The translations under genes and the position numbers were made by a program. DNA of 63,698 nt, counting the filler. It is 10 parts of 10 records of this genome, joined end to end, with 100 filler letters (N's around TTAATTAATTAA, not from the genome) between each part and the next. Parts side by side here need not be neighbours in the genome. Positions count along the whole stretch, not along the records: positions 10,938 to 18,922 come from SRR31147125_132205; positions 19,023 to 24,044 come from SRR31147125_132279; 8 more parts are not named here. One strand, written 5' to 3'. This document shows positions 12,210 through 21,215 of the stretch, piece by piece. Positions within the stretch are counted from its first letter, which is position 1. Each line of letters opens with the position of its first letter. The notes beneath the pieces were generated by a model. The model was given only the letters and a program-made list of their open reading frames with translations, was not told the DNA's origin and made no database searches.

Positions 12210-13310
12210 TTATATCGTTTTGCTAAACTCCTTTAGTGCTGCAAAATCCTTGTTTTTCAATCCACGGTAATGAAAAAGTGAAATCCCGGCTGCTCCCATA
12301 TTAAACGCATCCTCAGCCTGTTTGATCATATCAGGGGTATCCGTCTCCCCCCCACTCCATTTGCGCCCGAGTCCTGAGTAAATGTCTGTTTTCCCGTCCA
12401 TCAGTTCCAATTGTTTTTTTAATAAATCACGATGTTTGTTTCTGTCTGTCGTATAATTCATTGGACATATAAAATCATAAAATCCGGCATGTCCCCAATT
12501 AATCCAATCCTGTCCCTCTACAAGGGCGCTGCCAAAATAATCGGCTCGTGCGGCCATGGATATTTTTAAATTATTTTGATCTGCCAGCTTTTTAAATTGC
12601 AGCACGGCATCGGTGATATTTTCATTTCGTGTTTTTAAATATTGAAACAGCATTCCGGGATTTTGTAGATCGACAGAAGTAATATCTTTTTTTCCAAGAA
12701 AACGTTCATAGTTCTGTTTACAGGCATCGCATTGACAGGGCCACTTTATGCCCATACCCGTATCGATATAGCGAATGTAATCCAGGTGAAAACCGGGTAT
12801 TGTGTGATTATTGATAACATCCGAAGCAATTCGTAAAGCACCAAGCCGTGTGGTTTGCCACGATGCACAAAACCGTCCGTCTTTTGAACTGCCTCCCGGT
12901 TTTCCGCTTTTATAGGATCGTATTTTCCTGTTTGATTCTGACAAGCCAATATCTTTAATTCCGCCAATTATAGGATGAATTTCTACCCCGACTTTATTGC
13001 CCAAGCTAATCATTCTGGATAAACGATCCTGAGCCACAAAACCGTTTAGAGTGGCATTATACCACGCCTGATTATCTTCAGGGTGGGAATGTACGAACGG
13101 CAGGATAACATCAATGCCGGATTCACGGATTTTCTCAAACTCGGCCATTACTTTGCTTTCAACGCCAAGAAAGTCCGTATTTGCGTGAGCCCAAACCATA
13201 ATTTTGGGTTTGTTATTTTCAGGTAAAGCAGCCGCCAATGGGTTAGATTTCGCTAAAGCTAACGCAGCAGATGTAGCGGTGGTTGTTTTAATAAAGTTTC
13301 TACGATTCAT
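12210..13310 (-). CDS. Tat-exported glycoside hydrolase-like protein (GHL10/DUF187/YddW-type TIM barrel)
   Basis: MNRRNFIK twin-arginine signal; GFHLDYIRY, CQCDAC, GQDWINW, DFICPMNY, GISLFHY. Confidence 0.8.
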   Translation of the reverse strand: MNRRNFIKTTTATSAALALAKSNPLAAALPENNKPKIMVWAHANTDFLGVESKVMAEFEKIRESGIDVILPFVHSHPEDNQAWYNATLNGFVAQDRLSRMISLGNKVGVEIHPIIGGIKDIGLSESNRKIRSYKSGKPGGSSKDGRFCASWQTTRLGALRIASDVINNHTIPGFHLDYIRYIDTGMGIKWPCQCDACKQNYERFLGKKDITSVDLQNPGMLFQYLKTRNENITDAVLQFKKLADQNNLKISMAARADYFGSALVEGQDWINWGHAGFYDFICPMNYTTDRNKHRDLLKKQLELMDGKTDIYSGLGRKWSGGETDTPDMIKQAEDAFNMGAAGISLFHYRGLKNKDFAALKEFSKTI

Positions 13311-13460
13311 AATCCTGACTCCTTGTTCGGTGTCGGTGGTTTTTAATTTTTAAACTTGTTTTCCTATAGCTGCTTTTATTAAATCTTCCGTGGCCGTGAC
13401 GTTTATATTATAGAAATCATTAAAGGATTCCCCCATTTTTCCATGGAAAAACGCTGTTGG

Positions 13461-13652
13461 GCCTTTATGAAATCGTATTCGGTAGGTACCTTTATACTAA
13501 ACCATGATTTTTATTCGTTGTGTAATATGATATAAAAGGGAGAGTTCATTTGCAAGAAATATATTATTTATGATTCATTTAGCGAAAGGGAGTAACTGTC
13601 TGAACCACAGATTGACACTGGCTACCGGATTGCGCAGATGAGTTAAATTTTT
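13461..13652 (-). promoter_or_regulatory. Copy 1 of a ~190-bp duplicated upstream module with sigma70-like promoter
   Basis: Aligns by eye with 18669-18857. Minus strand TTGCAA-17 bp-TATCAT, pointing to the GHL10 gene. Confidence 0.6.
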
Positions 13653-13818
13653 AGGTCAAGTTGTGATAAAAATCCCGATTTAATTTGTATGCGAATGAAT
13701 CCGTCGGGCGATCAAATTTTATTTTTTGAAAAATTAGCATAGGTTTATGGATTTTTTGATTATCAATGCTATTAAAGTTTAGAGGCAAAAATAAGGTTTT
13801 CGAACTCGCGTTCGCAGA

Positions 13819-13968
13819 ATATAACGAGCAAGGTTCAGTGGCGGCAGGAGCCTGCCAAAAGGGCTGTCTGCCGACAAACAGGCATCCGAACAAACAAAGC
13901 CTGTCGCAACCTGGATATATTAATGATAACCACCTTCCCCAGTCGTTAATTGCAGTGCTTTGTCAGGT
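13819..13968 (-). mobile_element. Degenerate attC-like site just downstream of the histidine kinase gene
   Basis: ACCTGAC-AAAGC-ACTGCAATTAACGAC...GCCGCCACTGAAC-CTTGCTC-GTTATAT, starting 25 bp after the HK stop. The left core is GAC rather than AAC. Confidence 0.5.
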
Positions 13969-13993
13969 AAAGTCAGGCTAAAGTGCGATATTT

Positions 13994-15511
13994 TCACGAA
14001 CCCGGATGTTCAACAGGCAAAAAAAATGTGAATTTACTTCCAATGCCCATTTCTGATTCGACTTTAATTTGTCCTTTGTGATCCTGGGCAACCTGATAAC
14101 ATATGGCTAAACCCAATCCTGTTCCTACATTTAGATTCCAGGCAGAGTAACCGGGATTAAAAATCTTATCAATATCTTTGGATGGGATTCCTCGTCCGTC
14201 ATCAGAGACACTGAAATGAATTTCATCACCCTGAATCTCTGTGCGGAGCACAATTTCTCCTGTTTTTTCAATAGCCCGGTTCGCATTACTGAGTAACTGG
14301 AAACACAATTGATTAATTTGTGACGGATAACAGGTTACCGCAGGTAAATCAGCAAACTCTTTACGGATCTGAATCTCTGGTTTTAAGTGGAATTGGAACA
14401 TGGAAAGGGTGTTTTCTATGCATTCATTAAAATTTACGCTTTGAAGATCCGCTTCGTCCAACCGGGCAAAAATCTTTAACCTCTTTACAATTCCGGTTAT
14501 ACGTTCGCTACTGATTCGAATAACATCACTCACATCGGAAATAACCTTCAAGATGCGAGATACTTCTTTTGATTCACTGATTATTATTCCGTGCTCATTT
14601 AAAAGTGTTCGTTTTAGCTTTAGTACGCTTAATGCCAGGGTGTCATGGGTACTGTAAACTGCGCCAACAGGAGAATTCATTTCGTGAGCAACACCAGCTA
14701 CCAAATGCCCCAGTGCAGCCATTTTTTCGCTTTGAATCAATTGGGATCGAGTTTCTTCAAGATGACGAGTTCGTTCTTCAACTTTACGTTCGAGATTGAG
14801 ATTCAGTTCGTATACTTTATCAGATTGATAGTTTAAAATTGCCACAAAATAGAATATGGCCATCATACTTGTTCCGATATAACTGATGAACTGCCACACA
14901 TCACTTGAAGGAGAGAAAAAAAGTGCTCCCAAATAACCAAACAAGAGCCAGACGATTGTACCAACGGCAAGCAGGAGAATGAAACGTTTTTGAGGTTTAT
15001 TTTCAGTCGCTCTATAGCCCTTGAAAGCCATAACATATAAAAAGAAGAATATTCCAGCAAAAAGAGGAAACATGAATAATCCAATTGAGCCGAAATCCAC
15101 ATCCCAAATATCCTGAGGTGTTTCAGGGATTTTAAGCAATAAATTGGTAAACTGAGCAAGAAGCATGCAACCACAGATAAATAAAAGTATAGAAATCTGA
15201 AAATGCCTTACTTTAATTCCCAGAACCCTGTCATCCATTCGTTTGTCATACCCGGTAAAGGCAAAGAAAAATATGATCCCTATGGGTACCAGAAAACCGG
15301 TCGTAAAGGTAATCCGCATCCAGGTATTAATATTTTCGATACTGCCAAAATGATACCACGCAAAGAAACCAAAGCTGTCTAATGCCAATGCCATAGTAAA
15401 AAAAGAGAAGACACGGTTGATGTTCTCGCGTCTACGGAACAACCAGGTAATAACCGAAAGTAAGGTACAAAGAATACCTGAAATCAGCATGGGAACGATA
15501 TAAATGTTCAT
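13994..15511 (-). CDS. Membrane sensor histidine kinase (7TM N-terminus, NtrB-like HisKA/HATPase)
   Basis: About 7 TM segments, QSEKMAALGHLVAGVAHEMNSP H-box, SDDGRGIP, GTGLGLAI. Start placed at MNIYIV with a GGAG RBS. Confidence 0.9.
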   Translation of the reverse strand: MNIYIVPMLISGILCTLLSVITWLFRRRENINRVFSFFTMALALDSFGFFAWYHFGSIENINTWMRITFTTGFLVPIGIIFFFAFTGYDKRMDDRVLGIKVRHFQISILLFICGCMLLAQFTNLLLKIPETPQDIWDVDFGSIGLFMFPLFAGIFFFLYVMAFKGYRATENKPQKRFILLLAVGTIVWLLFGYLGALFFSPSSDVWQFISYIGTSMMAIFYFVAILNYQSDKVYELNLNLERKVEERTRHLEETRSQLIQSEKMAALGHLVAGVAHEMNSPVGAVYSTHDTLALSVLKLKRTLLNEHGIIISESKEVSRILKVISDVSDVIRISSERITGIVKRLKIFARLDEADLQSVNFNECIENTLSMFQFHLKPEIQIRKEFADLPAVTCYPSQINQLCFQLLSNANRAIEKTGEIVLRTEIQGDEIHFSVSDDGRGIPSKDIDKIFNPGYSAWNLNVGTGLGLAICYQVAQDHKGQIKVESEMGIGSKFTFFLPVEHPGS

Positions 15512-15598
15512 TACAGAATCTCCATCGAGTCGACAAATTATACCTGTCAAAGCTCATTCAAGCTCTTTTAATTAATGGATCGTATGATCCCTCTTTTA

Positions 15599-16577
15599 TC
15601 AGGTTTTGTTATTATGTCCCAAAGTTAAAACGACACCCCCTCTTTTGTATCCATTTTCGACATAGCTGTGAGCGTCGGCAGTTTGTTCCAGAGGATATGT
15701 CTTATCAATAACCGGTTTTATCTTGCCCGCCTCAATAAGCTCCCGGATGAAAATAAGATCTTTAGTTGTTTCTTGCAATAGTGGAGATAGAACTTTTTTA
15801 CGGCTTGACAGCTTTAACCATAACATAAAAAAGCTGTGTCAGTCCATAGGTGGCAAAAAGATAGGAGCCGTCTTTTTTTAAGACTCTGCTGCTTGAAAAG
15901 GAACTCTTGCCAAATGTGTCAAAAATAATATCATAGGTTTCATTCTTTTTGGTAAAATCCTCTTTAGTATAATCAACAACCTCATCAGCTCCCATCGATT
16001 TGACCAGGTCCAGTTTAGTCGCACTACAGACCCCGGTCACAATGGCGCCATAGTACTTTGCAAGCTGGACGGAATAAAGACCAACACCTCCGGACGCACC
16101 GAGGATCAGGACTTTTTGTCCGTGCTGGATATGTGCCTTTCGAAGGAAAAACAAGGCTGTTAGTGCTCCTTGCAGAACAGCGGCCGCTTGCTCATAGGTC
16201 GCGTTGGCCGGTTTTAAAGCCACCACATTTTCAGGCAGACAAATATATTCAGCATAGGCACCTAAATTCATTCCAGGGTATGCAAAAACCTGGTCACCTG
16301 CCTTGAATCGTTTGACATCTTTGCCGACCGCTTCGACTTCCCCGGCCAACTCGGTCCCGAGTACAGGTTTCCTTGGTTTTCTGATACCAAACCATAGGCG
16401 CATCAAAATTCTTAATCCGGTATGGGCCTTACAACTTCGCGCCCAACAGTCGTATCTCGTTACGGTTGTGGCAAACACTTTGATGAGGACCTGGTCGTCC
16501 TTTGGATTTGGTTTTTCTACCTCCTTTAGCTGAAGAACATCTGGTGGTCCGTATTTTGTACATACAATGGCTTTCAT
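15599..16577 (-). CDS. NAD(P)-dependent MDR-family oxidoreductase (quinone reductase-like), paralog 2; frameshift near 15800
   Basis: [30 protein letters not shown]. The C-terminal [28 protein letters not shown] lies in the adjacent frame. Confidence 0.85.
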
Positions 16578-16588
16578 ATGATTATCCT

Positions 16589-17575
16589 TTATTCAGATGG
16601 TTCAGAATCGTTATGCTCAATCGTGATGACGACATTCCCTTTCTTATGTCCTTTATCGACATATCGGTGCGCTTCAACAGTCTGTTCCAGAGGATATGTC
16701 TTATCTATGACAGCCTTGATCTTTCCTGCCTCAATAAGCTCTCTGAGGATAACCAGATCCTTTATTTGATTTGCGATGCCAAATACAATTTTATGCTTAC
16801 CTGCCAACCAATTCCAAAAGGCTGTAAGAAGAGGCCAATCAACTGTAATAAAGAATCCTTTGGGAGTTAGCGAACTTTTACAACGTGAATACGACGTTTT
16901 GATGACCGCATCGAAAATGATATCATAGGTCAAACCGTTTCTGGTAAAATCCTCTTTGGTATAGTCAATGACTTTATGAGCACCGAGAGATTTCACCAAT
17001 TCGATATTCGTGGTACTACAAACACCTGTAACCTCTGCCCCAAAGTATCTGGCAAGCTGGACGGCAAATGTACCGACACTTCCGGAAGCGCCAAAAATAA
17101 GTACTTTTTGTCCGCTGTGGATTTTAGCCTTTCTAAGCAAAACCAATGCCGTCAACCCACCAATCGGAACGGCGGCGGCTTCTTCATATGTCATATTGGC
17201 TGGTTTTAGCGCCACCTCGTTTTCAGATACACAGATGTACTCGGCATTCGCACCGCCAAAACTCACATTCCAGACAATTCCGTAAACCTGGTTACCGACC
17301 TTGAATTGGGTTATATTTTTACCTATCGCCACAATTTCTCCGGCCAGTTCATTCCCGGGTATGTTTTTTCGTGGACTTTTGAGACCAAACATAATTCGCG
17401 CCGGTAGCCAGAACCAGGGAGCCCATGTGAAACTTCGCAATCTTACGTCCCCTGATGTGACTGTTGACGCATGAACCTTTATCAGGACTTCATTATCCTT
17501 TGGATTTGGTTTTTCTACTTCTTTGAGCTGAAGAACATCAGGATATCCGTATTTTGTGCAAACAACTGCTTTCAT
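16589..17575 (-). CDS. NAD(P)-dependent MDR-family oxidoreductase, paralog 1
   Basis: [49 protein letters not shown]; tandem paralog of the previous gene. Confidence 0.92.
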   Translation of the reverse strand: MKAVVCTKYGYPDVLQLKEVEKPNPKDNEVLIKVHASTVTSGDVRLRSFTWAPWFWLPARIMFGLKSPRKNIPGNELAGEIVAIGKNITQFKVGNQVYGIVWNVSFGGANAEYICVSENEVALKPANMTYEEAAAVPIGGLTALVLLRKAKIHSGQKVLIFGASGSVGTFAVQLARYFGAEVTGVCSTTNIELVKSLGAHKVIDYTKEDFTRNGLTYDIIFDAVIKTSYSRCKSSLTPKGFFITVDWPLLTAFWNWLAGKHKIVFGIANQIKDLVILRELIEAGKIKAVIDKTYPLEQTVEAHRYVDKGHKKGNVVITIEHNDSEPSE

Positions 17576-17739
17576 CAGTTTCCTCCACTATTACCGGAAT
17601 TGGACCATTTCCAAAATTCTTTACCAAAATGTATCCTGCAAACATGTAAAACCAAATAATCAGGTCAGCGACCGAAACAGAAAAAGTTAAACCATTTTCC
17701 GGGAATGAACCCGACGATCTAATGCGGCCCACAGTCCTG

Positions 17740-18510
17740 TTATTGGGTCAATTCTTTAACCCGTATATTCCGCCAAAGAATCGTGCCTTTATCGCCGACA
17801 TGAACCTGCAGGCCGAAAAATCCCTTGAGATAAGTGTCGTTTACCCAGTGTGCCGCTGGCAAACCGTTAACCCAGGTTTTGACCACGTTACCCCTGGCCA
17901 GAATAGTCAGCCTGTTCCATTGGTTTTCCTGCATTGCTTTTCTTACCTCCTTGTGCGCATCAAGCCAGAGCGGGTAGTACCAGCCACCGCAGCTCTGACC
18001 ATAGATACCGCCAGACCAATATCGCTTCCTGCCAAAGTCTTCCATTTCTGCCTGCGGTCCAAAGATCTCCATATTATCCTGTCCCTTCGATTGCGACCGA
18101 AACATCACACCGGAGTTGCCGTCAACTATCCATTTCATTTCGCATGTAAATATAAAGTCCGTAAAATCCGCCTTGTCTGTACACAAATACGTACTTGGTG
18201 ATTTTGGCACACACGTACCGACGATGTTTCCATCTTTTGCCTCGAATTTGCAGTGCCCACCCCTTGGCGTCCACCCGGTCAAATCCTTACCGTTAAATAG
18301 AGATACGAATCCCTCAGAAAGATCGGGTTCAGAATCCTTATTGATCAACATCTCTTCCGGTCTGGGTGCGTTCTCTTGTTTCTTATATTTGTTGTACCAG
18401 GCTTTTTGTTCCGGATCGAGATTGCCTGCAAAAACCAACCCGGACAAAACAACACCTATAAGGATAAGAATAACTGGCTGAATAAAAATTACTCTTTTAT
18501 CAGATTGCAT
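17740..18510 (-). CDS. DUF1080 / 3-keto-disaccharide hydrolase family secreted protein
   Basis: Signal peptide; SLFNGKDLTGW, NSGVMFR, WNRLTI, GFFGLQVH, WRNIRVKEL. Confidence 0.9.
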   Translation of the reverse strand: MQSDKRVIFIQPVILILIGVVLSGLVFAGNLDPEQKAWYNKYKKQENAPRPEEMLINKDSEPDLSEGFVSLFNGKDLTGWTPRGGHCKFEAKDGNIVGTCVPKSPSTYLCTDKADFTDFIFTCEMKWIVDGNSGVMFRSQSKGQDNMEIFGPQAEMEDFGRKRYWSGGIYGQSCGGWYYPLWLDAHKEVRKAMQENQWNRLTILARGNVVKTWVNGLPAAHWVNDTYLKGFFGLQVHVGDKGTILWRNIRVKELTQ

Positions 18511-18668
18511 TTGAATTCTCCTTTTGATTGGTTCCTCTCCCTGACTAAAAAAATATATCAGATTCGCATAACGGACTTTTTGAAAAGTCTGTCAGATAAA
18601 ATTCCAGGGACTTGAACTACACGTATTTAAATAAGGCACAAAACAGTTTCCTACGAAAAACTCTGGTG

Positions 18669-18857
18669 TGCCTTTATTAAATCGGTTTCATGAGAAATCC
18701 TTACCCTAATCCTTGATTTACAAGTTGTGTGGTATGATATGAAAGGAAGAGTTTATTTACAAGAAATATTTTATTTATGATTCCTTTAGCAAGAGTTCCT
18801 GTTTGAACCGCAGTTTGACGATGGTTTGCGGATTTTGTAGATGAGCAGATTTTTTTC
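18669..18857 (-). promoter_or_regulatory. Copy 2 of the duplicated upstream module
   Basis: Minus strand TTGTAA-17 bp-TATCAT, pointing to the DUF1080 gene; aligns with 13461-13652. Confidence 0.6.
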
Positions 18858-19070
18858 ATGGACCGGTTTTAGCCTCCTAAACATTTGCAGCGGTATTTGT
18901 GAGGTAACAGCTATTTTTGCAGNNNNNNNNNNNNNNNNNNNNNNNNNNNNNNNNNNNNNNNNNNNNTTAATTAATTAANNNNNNNNNNNNNNNNNNNNNN
19001 NNNNNNNNNNNNNNNNNNNNNNGGGGAGAATACTCCATTCATGGGCACACTCTTCCGAAATGACGGATTT

Positions 19071-20434
19071 TTATTGTTTTTTCTGACAATAATCGATTAA
19101 GGCCTGGGCCAGATTGACCTGCCAGAACTGACCGGCAATGGTAAGGGTGATCCACTCACCATCTCGATGGATCAATCCCACCCTCTCCCACTGCTCCAGC
19201 AAAGGGGCACATACCCGGGCCAGATCGAATTGATGCTTTTTCTCGACGGCGGCAAGGTTGAGATGCCCCACCTCCAGCCCGCCGGTGATGCTGTCGATGA
19301 TGGGCTTTTGTTTTGGATAGGCCATCAGAACGGCAAGGGGTTTATGCCCCGCCTCCAGGGTTGAAAGATATGCGGACAGTTTGTTCATGGTAAAGCACCC
19401 GTATCCGTGGAGGGATCCACCGGATCCGGATCCCAAGGGAAGACAGGGCGCCCCTTCTTTCATGAGAAGATTGTAGCGGTTTCTCTCCCGTGTCCCCCGC
19501 CCCCAGTGACTCATGGAGAGTCGTCGATAGTGGGCCAGTGTCATCAGCCGTACCCCTCGTTCAAACATGAGCGCCTGTTCCGGAATTGTGGCCACAGCAG
19601 ACAGCCGCCCTTTTCTCAAAGCCTTTTCCAAAGGGCTTCCGGTGAAAGTATTGAGTTGATAGAGATCCACCCCGTCCAGCTCCAGAGATTTGAACAACTC
19701 GATGTCTTTTTCCCATACTTTCATGGTTTGACCGGGCAAACCGTAAATGAGATCGATGACCATCACGGCATCATCGGCATCCCGCGCACGGATAAGGGTC
19801 TTCATAACGGTATCGGTATCACAGGTGCGGCCAAGGCTTTTTCGTATGTCGGTGTCAAACGTCTGCACCCCCACGGAAAAGCGGTTGGTCCCCCCTTCCA
19901 GGGCAGCAGAGAGGATCACTTCGTCCAGATCGGAGACGGTGGTCTCCACGGTAATTTCACAATCGTTTGCCAGGGGGAGATAGGAGCGGATCGCTTTCAA
20001 GAGTCGTTTCAGATCCGAGGGATCCAGCACCGTGGGGGTGCCCCCCCCAGATAAACCGCATGGATGGGATAATCGCTGTTGGCGGCTTTTCCAATCCCTA
20101 AAACCATCTCCCGAATCAGGGCATCGGTGTAAATTTCGCTGGACATGCTGGTCACCGGATTGAGGTAAAATCCGCAATAGAGACAATGAGTCCGGCAAAA
20201 GGGAATATGGATATAGAGTGCGGTTTGTCGATCCCTCGGCGTTTCCGTCAACTCATTCCAAAGCGCTGCCATATGGGCGCGATCCACCGGTTTCCCTCCC
20301 AGTCCCGCATGCACGGTACTTTTTTTATCAAAAGCCCGGGTCAAGGAATCAACGTTTTCATTGGCAAAAAAGGCCCGATCTTCCTTTCGGGTCATCTGGG
20401 AAGTCATCAGATCGATCTTACCCAAATTTTGCAT
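19071..20434 (-). CDS. hutW: Anaerobic heme-degrading class C radical SAM methyltransferase HutW/ChuW (frameshift in G-tract at ~20041-20048)
   Basis: AFDKKSTVHAG, LYIHIPFCRTHCLYCGF, YLGGGTPT (needs G9, G8 present), LPLANDCEITVE, NRFSVGVQTF, DLIYGLPGQT, HWGRGTRERNRYN, LTIAGQFWQVNL. Confidence 0.88.
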
Positions 20435-20625
20435 CTTCTCTTCTTTGGTATTGTTTTTTTCAATAAATGAGAGATATTGATTCGCTTCCTCGGAAATCGT
20501 TACTTTCATCCCGGAAATTTCAGCTTCGGCTACTTGACAATCACCATCATTAACTTTCATGGGGCACTATCCGCTTTTTTGAGTTTACTTTTATCCTGTC
20601 GATCGCCTTGAGCATAAGAGGTTGT

Positions 20626-20892
20626 CTATATCGAAGAGGGATCAAACCCCGGTCTAAGATCTCGCTTTATTCGCCACTTCTTTGCTGCAAATCCCAAACT
20701 GTCAAATCTTTCATTTAATTCCTCGCATCCGGTCATTGCCGAATCAATGCTTTCCTGAAACTCCTTTAATATGCTTGATCTCGATATAACGACCTCTTTT
20801 TGTCTCAGTGCTTCATTCAACAATGCATCCAAATCGGTATTCCCTTTAGCTTCTGTAAACGCAGTTTCAGGTGATTGTGAAGATTCCATCAT
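20626..20892 (-). CDS. Small hypothetical protein (88 aa)
   Basis: AGGAGG RBS 5 nt upstream; helical charged sequence; family not recognised. Confidence 0.55.
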   Translation of the reverse strand: MMESSQSPETAFTEAKGNTDLDALLNEALRQKEVVISRSSILKEFQESIDSAMTGCEELNERFDSLGFAAKKWRIKRDLRPGFDPSSI

Positions 20893-20910
20893 ACCCTCCT
20901 AAATCGTTTT

Positions 20911-20928
20911 TATGAAAATCGCTATCTG
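20911..20928. promoter_or_regulatory. Possible Fur-box-like site upstream of the small ORF/hutW
   Basis: TATGAAAATCGCTATCTG resembles the TGAAAATnATTATCA Fur pattern; heme-uptake context. Confidence 0.3.
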
Positions 20929-21003
20929 TAGAGACTCATGAATTTTCATGGGGTGTTTTGTCAATTGACCTGCCATTAATTCGTTTTATAAATGGGGCAC
21001 GGA

Positions 21004-21067
21004 GACCCATATGCTGTCCGACATCTGATAAACGGGGAAAGCCATCTGAGGTCACAGCATATGGGTC
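21004..21067. repeat. Perfect 14-bp inverted repeat (hairpin)
   Basis: GACCCATATGCTGT ... ACAGCATATGGGTC around a 36-nt loop containing CATCTGA twice. Confidence 0.75.
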
Positions 21068-21215
21068 GCGCGCCTGGAAGGGCTGTATTCGTTAACTTAA
21101 ACCTCTCACCAAACTGCCGACTCATCATCCTCACGCCCCCTCTCCATGAATGGCGAGGGGGTGCACAGCTGTTGAAAAATGGATATTTTCCAATAAAAAT
21201 CAAGTGCTTATATTT

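Noticed and set aside
20435-20560. 42-aa N-terminal extension of HutW (MKVNDGDC...)
   Set aside because: Not HutW-like; a purine-rich RBS precedes ATG 20434. Possibly a gene remnant, so it was not called.
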